A DNA stretch of 64,000 nucleotides from Squalus acanthias. Lineage: Eukaryota. Made by a program: the position numbers and the translations under genes. Below the pieces are notes generated by a model. That model made no database searches. It was not told the DNA's origin and saw only the letters and a program-made list of their open reading frames with translations. How positions within the stretch are numbered: the first letter of the stretch is position 1; every line of letters starts with the position of its first letter. Of the stretch, positions 1 through 11,489 are shown piece after piece. The stretch spans positions 10,108,001 to 10,172,000 of the forward strand of contig CM059433.1 in the NCBI GenBank assembly GCA_030390025.1, written 5' to 3'.

Positions 1-59
1 TCAATCAATTTTGTTCGAAATACCAACATGAGGAAATCTTCATTTGCCATGTAGGGTCA

Positions 60-425
60 AGCTTACTGTGGCACTCTTGCCTCGGAGTCTGAAGGTTGTG
101 GGTACAAGCCCCACTCCAAGAATTCAGCATGAAATTTGGGTTGACACTCCAGTGCAGAGTTGAGGAAGTGCTGCATTGTCAAAGGTAGCATCATTCAAAT
201 GAGAAGGTAAGCCAAGACCTTAACTGCCTGTTTTGATGGTTCAGGTGAATATTCAAAGATCCCATGCTGCTATCTGAAGAAGAGCAAGGAATTCTCCTGA
301 TGTCCTGCCGAGGATTGCTCCTTTAGCAAGTACCACCAAAAAGAGATTAACTGGTCATTCATCTCAATGCTGCACATTTGACTTTAATATACATAAAATG
401 GCTGCTACCTTTACCTATGTTGAAA
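60..425 (+). mobile_element. Degenerate tRNA-headed DeuSINE (SacSINE1/AmnSINE1-related)
   Basis: Diverged match to the SINE seen intact at 25937-26410 (gaaggttgtgggt..ccccactcc; aaagatcccatg..gaagaagagcaagg). Confidence 0.7.
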
Positions 426-447
426 GCAAGAAAGATCTTGCATTTAT

Positions 448-933
448 CTTCTCTTCTTCTTCTTAGGCAATCCCTCGTTACTGTGGATGACTTGCTTCCA
501 CATTAAAAATGAGTTTTCAGGTGACTGATGAGTCCAATGCGGGACCTACAGTCTCTGTCACAGGTGGGGCAGACGGTGGTTGAAGGGGCGGGTGGGTGGG
601 GTGCTTGGGTTGACGTGCGCTCCTTGCGCTGCTTGCGCTTGGCTTCCGCTTGCTCCCGGCGAAGAGACTCGAGGTGTTCGGCGCCTTCCCGGATGCTTCT
701 CCTCCACTTTGTGCGGTCTTGGGCCAGGGATTCCCAGGTGTCGGTGGGGATGTTGCACTTTTTCAAGGAGGCTTTGAGGGTGTCCTTGAAGCGTTTCCTC
801 TGCCCACCTGGGGCTCTCTTGCCGTGCCGGAGCTCCGAGTAGAGCGCTTGTTTTGGGAGTCTCGCATCGGGCATGCGGACGATGTGACCCGTCCATCGGA
901 GCTGATCGAGCGTGGTCAAAGCTTCGATGCTGA
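448..933 (-). mobile_element. RTE-clade LINE, 5'-truncated 3' fragment
   Basis: Minus-strand translation QLRWTGHIVRMPDARLPKQALYSEL...GGQRKRFKDTLK...CPTCDRDCRSRIGLISHLKTH matches the RTE C-terminus with a C2H2 finger. It has an (AAG)n-like tail and interrupts the tail of the minus-strand SINE. Confidence 0.9.
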
Positions 934-1295
934 TGCATTTCATGACCTCAGGACGTTCCAAAGCTCTTGTCAGCCAATTAAGTACTTTTTGAAATCTAGT
1001 TACCGCTGTAATGTAGGAAATGCAGCAGCCAATTTGCGCACGGCAATGTCCCACAAACAGCAATGAGATAATGACCAGATAATCTGTTTTAGTGATGTTG
1101 GTTGAGGGATAAATATTGGCCAGGACACCGGGGAGAACTCCCCTGCTCTTCTTTGAAATAGTGGCCATGGGATCCTTTATGTCCACCCGAGAGGGCAGAC
1201 TGGGGTCTTGGTTCAACATCTCATCCGACAGCGCAGTGCTCCCTCAGTGCTGCACTGAAGTGTTAGCCTGGTTTATGTGCTCAGTTCTCTGGAGG
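934..1295 (-). mobile_element. DeuSINE (SacSINE1-like), body and tail
   Basis: Reverse complement of the Deu-domain and tail of 25937-26410. The extreme 3' end (aagaaagatcttgcatttat, ~428-447) lies on the other side of the RTE insertion. Confidence 0.85.
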
Positions 1296-1350
1296 GGGGA
1301 CCACGTAACAACAATGACTACAATTCATTGGGATGCTTCTTGGAGACATA

Positions 1351-2094
1351 GGGCCGAAAATTGATCCCGGTGCGCGAGAGTACGCACTGCGTACTCTCGC
1401 GTATTCCCACTCCAATTGTCGGTTTTCTGCATGCCCTGCGCATGCGCTGAAAACCGGCAATTGCTCTTCTGAAAAGGGGGCGGGTCCTCGGCGCATCGCG
1501 TGCGCGCTACAGGCTGCGCGCACGCTGTGCACTTCATGCTTTTGACGCGCAGGTAAGTACGGAAGATTTTGGAAATGTAAAAAGGAGGAGTAAGACCCAC
1601 TTTTAAGAAGGTAAGTAGTGAATTAAGTATTTTTTTGAATTTTTTTTTACAGGTATATCTTTTTTAGAGACTTTAAAGACAGGTAAGTTTATTTTTATAA
1701 CTTTTTAAAAGATTTTAAATTTTTTCAAAAATTTAATTTTTTATTTAAAATGGTTAATTTAATTAACTATACTTATTTTATTAATGTGATGGTTTTTTTT
1801 TTAAATTTAATTGAGGTTTAGCTGTTATTTTGGGGGGGTGTAAGATTCATAGATTTCACAGCCATGCTGTGAGACTTATGAATGGAAGATGGTGTGCTGC
1901 CATTGGCTCTAACTGAGTCACGTGATCCCACAGCTCGCACGAATTCACTACGCCGCTGGGATACGCAAGCCCAGCACAGCTGATGCCTGGAACATCAAGT
2001 TCGTGCGAGCTGGATCTGAAAAAGCATACGCGAGGTGAGACAACGCGGGGAAGGCTTACCCCCGCGGGAACAGAGCGAGATCAATTTCTGGGCC
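1351..2094 (+). mobile_element. Non-autonomous PIF/Harbinger-like MITE, family A copy 1
   Basis: TIRs GGGCCGAAAATTGATC ... GATCAATTTCTGGGCC. Homologous along its length to 37016-37780 and 41147-41910. GC-rich ends, AT-rich centre. Confidence 0.8.
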
Positions 2095-3773
2095 AATAAT
2101 TTGCTAAATAAATCCAAGCTTCTCTTACTCTCTTCTGAAAACAATCTGAAGTGTTTCATTGTTTCTCTGAGTACCAAGACCCTTTCAGTTTTTAAAATAT
2201 TTTCCACTTCTCTTTCGTATAACCACCAAAACTGTTTTCCTCTAAATTGTAATAACAACTATTATTGTAAAAATAAATGAAAACAAATAACAAGCAGGAT
2301 TCAGAATATCTCTTGCATAAACATAAGAAGAAAATAAAACTGCCTGAGTTCTGGTGAAAGGTCTTACCTATCTTTCCCTTTCAGATGTTTATTTTAATCG
2401 CATCGTATCTCTGATTTGGGGCCTGAAGGAGCTCAAGAAGAAGTGTGAAGCTTCCTGCATACTCTTTATGGCTTTGATAAAGTATAGTGCAGAATGCCGC
2501 TGAGGTCCACACCCCGTGTCAGTTATCCTCACACAGACGTTTGACCCACAGAGTGTGGGGCAAGGGCACCAAGTGAGTTCAGCCCACTGCTGCCAATCAA
2601 CATCAAAGGCCTGCCATTCAGTCTGTTTTGCAAACCCCCCCCGCGCCCCCCCCAAAAAATACGGAGAATCTCATTTCAGTCATTATATACAGAAAGCTCT
2701 GTTTGCTTACCCTGATTAACCCCTGAGCAAAGGAACCTCTTCACCTAGACAGATCCACTTTCAGAAGACACGGCCCCTCTGCAACAGAACCTAACTCAAT
2801 CTCCCAACTTCAAAGGCACGGCAACGAAGAATGCAAGGTTCCTGAATCAGACGGTCTCTTTGAAGTTCTCAGCCACATTTACTTCCTGCCACATAACACT
2901 TAACCTTTCCAGGATCAAGGTAATATTTCTACACCCTTAAAAAATAGTTAGATGTGCTATGATTCGATTAAAACATTTCAGTGTACGTGAAGAATGTAAA
3001 AGATCGTATATGAATATTGTCTATTGTGTAATTTGTCGCTAATTCTTTTACATTGTCAAACTTATGGATAAAGTACCGTTTACGTTCTCACTTTAGTTCT
3101 ACCACATTGTATTCAGAGAGATAGATAACAAGTTGCGAAAAAAAATCTACATTTAAAAATAGAAACTGATCTTTTTCAGTAAGTTTTGCAATTTAAATTT
3201 ATTCTCCAAGGATTCGCAATGGTTTTTTTTTGGCTGAAGCTAATTATGGTCAACTATGCTTAATTCGAATGATCTGATCATTTATTTTCTTCTAAGCACT
3301 AAATTTCCACTTTGCTGTGTTAATTAGCTTATTTTGCTAATGCTAATTACGGACAACTTGCTTAATTCAAATGATTGGATAATTCAGTTTTTTTTAAGTG
3401 CAAAAACAAATTACTTCAAAAATATCAGTAGACTGTTCTAAAGAAATCCCTAACATTAACATGCACTAATGATAGCACGTACTAACAAAGCTAATAATAG
3501 CAAACTAGCAAAGGATAAGCTGCTGCAAAAACTGCCTGCTGCCATCTTTCTCCATTGCTAGCTTACTTTCCTAAATCCTGTGGGGGCAGGGGGTTGTTTG
3601 AGGTCACTTGCTGGTTCAAGTTGCTGAACTGGCACTAAAATGAATTTAACAGTCTGAACGGTTGAGAGTCGAGTGAAAAAAAAATCAGCACCCCAAAATC
3701 GTCAGGCTGCGTTGTTTCCTGGTTTTAGGCCCTTTGAGATCTGGAGGTCACCTGTCCACCAGATACGCAGTGA

Positions 3774-4288
3774 CAACATCCCCAGCATCGCTCAGGCCAA
3801 CATCCCCAGCATCGAAGCTTTGACCGCGCTCAATCAGCTCCGATGGATGGGTCACATCGTCCGCATGCCCGATACGAGACTCCCAAAACAAGCGGTCTAC
3901 TCGGAGCTCCGACACAGCGAGAGAGCCCCAGGTGGGCAGAGGAAACGCTTCAAGGACACCCTCAAAGCCTCCTTGAAAAAGTGCAACATCCCCACCGACA
4001 TCTGGGAATCTCTGGCCCAAGACCGCACAAAGTGGAGGAGAAGCATCCGGGAAGGCGCCGAACACCTCGAGTCTCTTCGCCGGGAGCAAGCGGAAGCCAA
4101 GCGCAAACAGCGGAAGGAGCGCACGTCAACCCAAGCACCCCACCCACCCGCCCCTTCAACCACCGTCTGCCCCACCTGTGACAGAGACTGCAGGTCCCGC
4201 ATTGGACTCATCAGTCACCTGAGAACTCATTTTTAGTGTAGAAGCAAGTCATCCTCGGTTCCGAGGGACTGCCTAAGAAGCAGAAGAG
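3774..4288 (+). mobile_element. RTE-clade LINE, 5'-truncated 3' fragment (second copy)
   Basis: Part of ORF 3673-4236 (AQANIPSIEAL..QLRWMGHIVRMPD..CPTCDRDCRSRIGLISHLRTH). Nearly identical to 448-933 in the opposite orientation. Confidence 0.9.
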
Positions 4289-4617
4289 TGTTGCACTCAC
4301 AGCATTCAGCTATAGCTGGAATACAGCTGAGAGTTGTGAGGGTAAGGACTGCGCCGCACTCCATTTAAGAGGGAAAGGTGGCACTTACATTGCATCTGCA
4401 ACAACATCATTCTCATCGTAAGAGACAAATATTTATCACCAGAGAAACTGAAAACCGCAACTGCTGCTAAGTGTGAAGTGATAATGAAGTAGCCGAGAAA
4501 GCTACTTTACTGGTAACGGCACCTGGCTGAGCTACTCGCTGCCAACAGAAGACATTTTCAAACGTTGTTTTGCTGGCAGGGACGCTTCACCACCAGCAGT
4601 ACATCTTCACAATACCA

Positions 4618-5940
4618 TCTTGCACTTATACAGCACTTGACACCCACCGAGGCACTTCACGGACACAAGTGGAGGAATAGACGCCTGGCCAATGAGGGAG
4701 AGATTAGAAGGGGGTGACCGAACGCTTGGTGCAAGAGGTGGGCTCTAAAGAGGGTTTTAAAGGAGGAGAGGGTGCTGGGGAGATGGTTGGGGTTTAGGGA
4801 GGAAGTTCAAGAGAGTGGGACCTTGGCAGCAGTCAGTGTAGGGTGAAGGGAGGGCGGTGGGGGGGCTGCACAAGAAGCTGAAGTCAAGAGGAAAGGAAAT
4901 TATTGAGGTCGCAAACAGTCTGGTTCAGCCCAAGACAGGGGTCAGGGAGAGGGATGGAATTGATGATGGGGGCCCTGATTTTTTTTGTAGAGACTGAAGT
5001 TGATGGCTTTGATCTTCCCAATGTTTAGGTGGAGGAAGTTACGGCTCATCCAAGACTAAATCCAAGACTGAACGCCTTGATTTTAAAATTCTCATCCTTG
5101 TATACAAATCTCTCCATGGCCTCGCCCCTCACTATCTCTGTGACTTCGTACAACCCTCCAAGAACTCTGCGTTCCTCCAACTCTGATTCTCTTGTGCATC
5201 CCCCACACCCTTCACCCCACCATTGGTAGCCACGCCTTCAGCCGCATAGGCCCTAAGCTCTGGAATTGCCTCTCCACCTCTCCTACTTTAAGACACTCTT
5301 TAAAACTTTAGTCTTTGACCAAGCTGAAGTCACCATCCTAATATCTCCTTCTTTAGCTCTGTGCCAATTTTTGTCTGATTACGCTCCTGTGAAGCGCCTT
5401 GGGAAGTTTTACTACATTAAAGGTGCTATTCAAATGCAAGTTGTTGTTGAATGTCAGTTAAGCATTCTAATAGCAAAGAGGCAATAGAAGCATTGAGAGG
5501 CGGTGGAGAGATAGAGCTGGGTGTCATCAGCGTACACGTGGAAACTGACCCTGTGCATGTAGATTATCTCATCAAGGGGCAGCATGCAGATGAGGAAGAG
5601 GAGAGGACCAAGGATGGATCCTTAGAGGACTCAGAAGATGACAGCCCAGAGCAACATTTGCTAGAGGTGCTCTGGCTACGATTGAATAGTGAGGGTGCTT
5701 TCACTGAGCTGGACAACAGAGGAGAGGTGTTGGAGCAGGATAGTGTGGTCGAAGGCTACAGGAGGTCAAGGAGGGACAGATAATGCACCACAGTCACAGT
5801 CACAGGGAATGTCATTCATGGCTTTGATTAGGACTTTTTGATGCTGTGAGAGGGGCAGAAAACTAATTGAAGAGATTCAAACAGGGAGTTGTGAGACAGG
5901 TGGACATGGGTTTTTGAAGAAGAGGGAAGAGAGGTTGGAG
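4618..5940 (-). mobile_element. Old L2 LINE fragments (minus), interrupted by a plus-strand L2 3' end
   Basis: Minus strand at ~5515-5553 reads [13 protein letters not shown], the L2-type RT YADD motif. A degenerate L2 3' end lies at ~4618-4850. Confidence 0.7.
5073..5450 (+). mobile_element. L2 LINE 3' fragment
   Basis: Reads FKILILVYKSLHGLAPHYL (L2 ORF2 C-terminus). 3' end is gtgaagcgccttggg...aaatgcaagttgttgttg. Confidence 0.85.
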
Positions 5941-6409
5941 ATGGGAAATTTAAGTGCATGTTTTTCCCCGTCATTAATTTAAATGGTCGGATAATTATGC
6001 ACCGCACGCCCGACTTTGCAACATGTGCTGCCAGCAAACAAGGCTCCTTGTCGAACTCAGAAAATGACCCCATACATGAAATCATAGCGGCTTTAAGACG
6101 TGGGCAGGGGGAGCCTATGATTTGTGCTCCCTGTGGGAGTTCACCAGATCACAGAATCACCCCTAGGGTGGTAAACATTTTCTGAGCACTTTCTGTCAAT
6201 CATTTTGCTTCTCTGTGAGTGAGTCTGTGCGATTTAGATAGATGGTCCTGGTGCTGGTTGTGCCAGTCTATGAGCGTGTCTACATTGCAACTTGAGCAGT
6301 AATTGTCCTCTGCAGTCATGCTAACGGCGCAGTATAGCTCCAGGATCGGGTCCTGGCCTGACTCCAGAGGGGAGTATGTGAGATCCCTTGGTGGAACCCA
6401 TCTCACATT

Positions 6410-6710
6410 ATCTAAGGATAAGGGGTAAGCCATTTAGGACTGAGATGAGGAGGAATTTCTTCACCCAGAGAGTGGTGAACCTGTGGAATTCTCTACCACA
6501 GAAGGCAGTAGAGGCCAATTCATTAAATATATTCAAGAAGGAGTTAGATATATTTCTTAAAACTAAAGGGATCAAGGGATATGGAGAGAAGGCAGGGACA
6601 AGGTACTAAATTTGGATGATCAGCCATGATCTCATTGAATGGCGGAGCAGGCTCGAGGGGCTGAATGGCCGACTCCTGCTCCTATCTTCTATGTTTCTAT
6701 GTTTTTATGT
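6410..6710 (+). mobile_element. CR1 LINE 3' fragment
   Basis: LRIRGKPFRTEMRRNFFTQRVVNLWNSLP, CR1 3'UTR and a (ttctatgt)n tail. Confidence 0.9.
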
Positions 6711-6905
6711 CTGTTTGACACCAAATGAAGTTTAACTCAAGTGCAGTGTGGAACGGATTTAAAAAGTGGCCAAGGGCTCCCTTAGACCTTGTGAGCATTT
6801 CTTGAATGACCTCAAATTGATTTAGAGAGTGTGGACATTCTCAGAATACATTTAGGATTTGACAGATGGGAGAGGAGCTCTGTGCATGCTTGTAACCTCT
6901 CTCAG

Positions 6906-7965
6906 GTGTCAGCCTTGGCTCAGTGGTAGCACGCTTTCCTCTGAGTTATAAGGTTGTGGGTTCATATCCCGCTCCAGAGACTTAAGCAAATAAGCTAGGC
7001 TGATACTTCAGTGCAGTACAGAGGGGGTGCTGCATTATCAGGTACAGCAAGCAATAAGGAAGGCAAATGGCATGTTGGCCTTTATTGCAAGAGGGTTGGA
7101 ATATAAGAGTAAGGAAGTCTTGCTACAATTGTACAGGGCCTTGGTGAGACCACACCTGGAGTACTGTGCACAGTTTTGGTCTCCTTATCTAAGGAAGGAT
7201 ATAGTTCCCTTGAAGGCGGTGCAATGAAGGTTCACTAGATTGATTCCTGGGATGAGAGGGCTGTCCTATGATGAGAGATTGTGTAGAATGGACCAATACT
7301 CTCTGAAGTTTAGAAGAATGAGAGCTGATCTCATTGAAACATACAAGATTCTGAAGGGGATTGACAGGGTAGATGCTGAGAGGTTGTTGCCCCTGGCTGG
7401 AGTGTCTAGAACTAGGGGGCATAGTCTCAGGATAAGGGGTAGGCCACTTAAGACTGAGATAAGGAGGAATTTCTTCACTCAGAGGGTTGTGAATCTTTGG
7501 AATTCTCTGCCTCAGAGGGCTGTGAATGCTGAGTCTTTGAGTATATTCAAGGCTGAGATAGATAGATTTTTGGACTCTAGGGGAATCAAGAGATATGGAG
7601 ACCGGGCGGGAAAGTGGAGTTGAGGTCGATGATCAGCCATGATCTTATTTAATGGTGGAGCAGGCTCGAGGGGCCGTATGGCCTACTCCTGCTCTTATTT
7701 CTTATGTTCTTATCAGAGTGCTGACTTTTGGATGAGACGTTAAACTGAGGCCCCGTCTACCCTCTCAGGTGGACGTAAAGGATCCCATGACACTATTCGA
7801 AGAAGAGTAGGGGTGTTCACCCCGGTGTCTTGGCCAATGTTTATCTCTTATCCAACACGATCAAAAACAGATTATCTGGTCATTTACCTCGTTGCTGTTT
7901 GTGGGACCTTGCTGTATAAAAATTGGCTGCCGTGTTTCCTACATTACAGCAGTGACTACACTTCT
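6906..7965 (+). mobile_element. DeuSINE split by a CR1 insertion
   Basis: tRNA-like head (tggctcagtgg, ggttcatatcc) at 6906-7041; the body resumes at ~7717. Confidence 0.85.
7042..7709 (+). mobile_element. CR1 LINE 3' fragment nested in the SINE
   Basis: ORF2 C-terminus (LVRPHLEYC..., NFFTQRVVNLWNSLP) with one stop. Flanked by TTATCAG at 7035-7041 and 7710-7716. Confidence 0.9.
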
Positions 7966-7967
7966 AA

Positions 7968-9854
7968 AGTAATAAAAACAGAAAATGCTGGAAATACTCA
8001 GCAGGTCAGGCAGCATCTGTGGAGAGAGAAACATGGTTAACGGGCTGGATTTTCCGGGGGGTCAGCATGCGCGATCGGTGGTGGGTCAGGTGGGAAAGTG
8101 TTTTTTTTCCTCAGCGGGTCAGCACCCCACTGTAAACCCGCCACCATGCGCCTTTCCCCGATGTCGGGTCTGTCAGCGCTGAGCAGACCCGACACGCAGC
8201 AGCGGGTTCACACGGGGGACCCAATTCAGGCATTTAGTGGCTTGTTTAGAGCCACTTAAGAATGAATTTCAGCTCACCTTCTGCATTTGACAGCTCGCCC
8301 ACGGGGTCCACGCTGGTCGTGGACCATGTCTGTAAAGCTGAGGCGGGAGTTCAGTGGCCATTGAATCAGCTGTTGAGTTGACAGCTTCACATGTACAGTA
8401 AAAGCTCCCACCTTACAGAGATATCTTCCCTCAGCCACAAGCTCTTCCTCACTGCATTCCCACAACAGATTCACCATGCTGCAAGTCTTTACACAAGTCT
8501 CCATCCAATCTGACCTCATTACCTCTCTAACCATTGACAGATCGCTTCTGTCATCTCTACTTCACCTGCCATCTATTCCATCAGCATGGGTGCCCTTGAA
8601 ACTCTCTCACCTTGGTCCTCAGAATCCCACCATGATTAGCCCCAGCATCAGCAGCACCAGGCACACCAGCAGCACCAACAACAACACCAACCTTCTCCGC
8701 AATCACCTGATGCTGCACAAGACAGAGGGCATCAGCACCCAACTACATTGCTGCCTGGGAGGCCAGGGATGGTCTCACCACGGCCAGATTTACTTCACTT
8801 GACACTGTACACCCTGGCTGCCACATGATGCGCCAGGTTGGCACCACCCCACACCAACACCATAAAGCATCCCTGCAATGACCAAGCCATTCCTTTCACA
8901 CTCATCACCATTGCAGGGGGGTACCGTTATGTCTCACCATTCACTGCAACTCACTCAGCCACTTCTAAAGGTGCACACAAATCTGTTCAAGAACGCAAAG
9001 TGTTGAAAGTAAAGGTTTCAATATTTGACACCACATTAACAGAAACTTTGCATGAACATTGCATAAAACACCCAAGTGCCTACCCTTGTGTGTTGTTAGT
9101 TGGTATGATTGCACTAGGATGAGGGTGAGTGTGAGGGGTGGCTAGTGAGATGGGGATGTGATAATGTAGATAGAGAGGGATGGATGGAGGTGCAAGGTAA
9201 GTTGGTGTGAGTAAGGATGTGCAGGAGTAGGGTAGGGAAGGCAGAGTGATGAGGATGTGATGAGAGGCACAGCAGAATGAGGTGGAGTGTGGCTTTGCAC
9301 TAACATTTCGTGATCCACTGAGATCATTGAAACGTTTGCAGCACTGCACCCAGGTCCTCCTGAGCACATCCCTGCTCGTGCCCTCCTCTGCAATGTGCAA
9401 TCAGTCTGTGTTGATCTCCTGGGGAGGTCTCTTCCGCCCATGGGAAGGGAAGAGGACCTCCCTGCGTGCTGTGACTCCCTCCATAAGCATATGGAGGGCG
9501 TCATGGGAGAGCCTGGGTGCAGCCGTGCACCTCTGTGCAGTGCTTGTCAGTGTTTGCAGCACCTCAATGCTGTAGAACACTGACAGCACAACTGTCAAAA
9601 GAAAGTTGGCCATGGTCCCTTTAAGGAACCCAGCTGATGACGCGTCATCAAATGCCGTCACCAGACCTGCTTCCTCTAATTGGCTGGGAAACTCGCTGGG
9701 CGGGCTTAACAAGCCCAATCAAGGGAAATTCATTTTAGGGGCCGGGATGGAGACAGCAGCGGGGCCGCGACCCGCCACCGACATTGTCCGCCATGGACCC
9801 ACCGAGGTTAGTAAAATCACGGCCAACGTTTCAGGTCGATGACCTTTCGTCAGA
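7968..9854 (-). mobile_element. Short Penelope-type terminal repeat (second family) split by a Harbinger element: 7968-8041 plus 9825-9854
   Basis: Removing 8042-9824 and one AAC reconstitutes (minus strand) tctgacgaaaggtcatcgacctgaaacgttaaccatgtttctctctccacagatgctgcctgacctgctgagtatttccagcattttctg. Confidence 0.65.
8042..9824. mobile_element. Internally deleted PIF/Harbinger transposon with a Myb/SANT remnant
   Basis: Imperfect TIRs GGGCTGGATTTT / AAAATCACGGCC and a 3-bp TSD AAC (8039-41, 9825-27). Minus strand ~9300-9530 reads AAPRLSHDALHMLMEGVTARREVLFP..RRTWVQCCKRFNDL (Myb_DNA-bind_5/NAIF1-like) with a stop. Confidence 0.85.
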
Positions 9855-10430
9855 GGAGAATGGTGCTAGTGGCTGCTGTGAAGGGAGCAAGGAAGAGGTG
9901 AGAATGTGTTTGTAATGAGAATGAGGATGAGAAGTGGTATCGTGTGGCCTTGTACTGAGTGGTTGAAGGATGCGATGGAGGGGCGGGAATTGTTGAGAGT
10001 GGTGGGGGAGGGACCAAGGAGTGTTGCCACGTGTCGTTGAGAGAGATGGAGAAATGAAGAACTATACTCACCCTTGCTACTCTTGTAAGGTCATTGAAGC
10101 ACTTCCTGCAGCTCCTGGGAGTGATGATCCTGGAGCTGACAACCTCAGCGATCTATCTCCATGCCAGGTGGACTTCGTGTTTTGGGTGCAAAGAGAACTA
10201 CCCTCCTTGCCCTGACCTCGTCCAGCAGGACCGCCAGGGAAGCCTCAGAGAAGCCGGGGCTTGCCTCCAACTCATTTCTGAGCAATTTTCTTTCCCAGCA
10301 ATGAAACTGGCAGAAGGGAAGGCGATTTGTCCTTGAGGTGCATTCCCTCTTTAAATAGGCCTCAGACATGGGCGGAAATCCCCGAGTGTCAGTGAGTCAG
10401 GTAGGACATCGCTCTATGAGATTATAATGA

Positions 10431-11489
10431 TGAGAAGTCGCACAACACCAGGTTATAGTCCAACAGATTTATTTAAAATTACAAGCTTTCGGAGCTGTCG
10501 CCCCTTCCTCAGGTAGAGTTACTGTGAGACAATCTACCAGAATTCACAGAATATAAACACAGAGAAAATGCAGAGATTCAATCTATCTCTACATCAAAGA
10601 CATACTAAGAGCACAGCCAAGACAATGAGATGTGTCCCAGGGGGTCCAACGTGTCAAAACACCTGCTGGCTGCATATCCTCTCCATTTGGATTTGTTTCT
10701 TGTGTTTGTTTCTTGTGTTTGTTTTTTTAAAAAGCTGGAAAGACCGGCAACGATGTCAAGTCACGTTCTGTAACGTGACATGAACCCGATATCCCGATTG
10801 AGGCCGTCCTCATGAGTGCGGAACTTGGCTATCAGTTTCTGCTCGATGATTTTGCGTTGTCGTGGATCCCGAAGGCCACCTTGGAGAACGCTAACCCGCA
10901 GATCCGAGGCTGAATGCCCTTGACTGCTGAAGTGTTCCCCGACTGGGAGGCAACCCTCCTGCCTGGCGATTGTTGCGCGGTGTCCGTTCATACGTTGTCT
11001 CAGTGCCTGCATGGTCTCGCTGATGTACCATGCTCTGGGGCATCCTTTACTGCAACGTATCAGGTAGACAACGTTGGCCGAGTCACATGAGTATGTACCA
11101 TGTACCTGGTGGGTAGTGTCCTCACGTGTGATGACGGTATCTGTGTCCATGATCTGGCATGTCTTGCAGTGGTTGCCGTGGCAGGGTTGTGTGGTGTCGT
11201 GGTCGCTGTTCTCCTGAAAGCTGGGTAATTTGCTGCGAACGATGGTACTTTTGAGGTTAGGCGGCTGCTTGAAGGCGAGTAGTGGAGGCGTGGGGATGGC
11301 CTTAGCAAGGTGTTCGTCATCATCGATGACATGTTGAAGGCTGTGAAGAACATGGCGTAGTTTCTCCGCTCCGGGGAAGTACTGGACGACGTAGGGTACT
11401 CTGTTGGTTGTGTCCCGTGTTCGTCTTCTGAGGAGGTCTATGCAGTTTTTCGCTGTGGCCCGTCGGAACTGTCGATCGACATATATAAT
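10431..11489 (-). mobile_element. Penelope-like retroelement, 5'-truncated
   Basis: Terminal repeat tgagaagtcgcacaacaccaggttatagtcc..., a GIY-YIG ORF, and TSD GATTATAATGA (10420-30, 11490-500). Confidence 0.9.
10761..11150 (-). pseudogene. Penelope GIY-YIG endonuclease domain (fragment)
   Basis: SCDSANVVYLIRC..WYISETMQALRQRMNGHR..PVGEHF..EQKLIAKF.T...GLN matches the PLE GIY-YIG pattern, with YIG changed to YIS. The upstream frame is broken. Confidence 0.85.

Noticed and set aside
503..1219. 238-aa ORF as a novel gene
   Set aside because: Chance in-frame fusion of non-coding DeuSINE sequence with an RTE ORF C-terminus.
2340..2500. Apparent splice acceptor (ctttccctttcag) and exon
   Set aside because: The frames close quickly, and 2345-2387 resembles a decayed piece of the Penelope-type repeat seen at 7968/9825.
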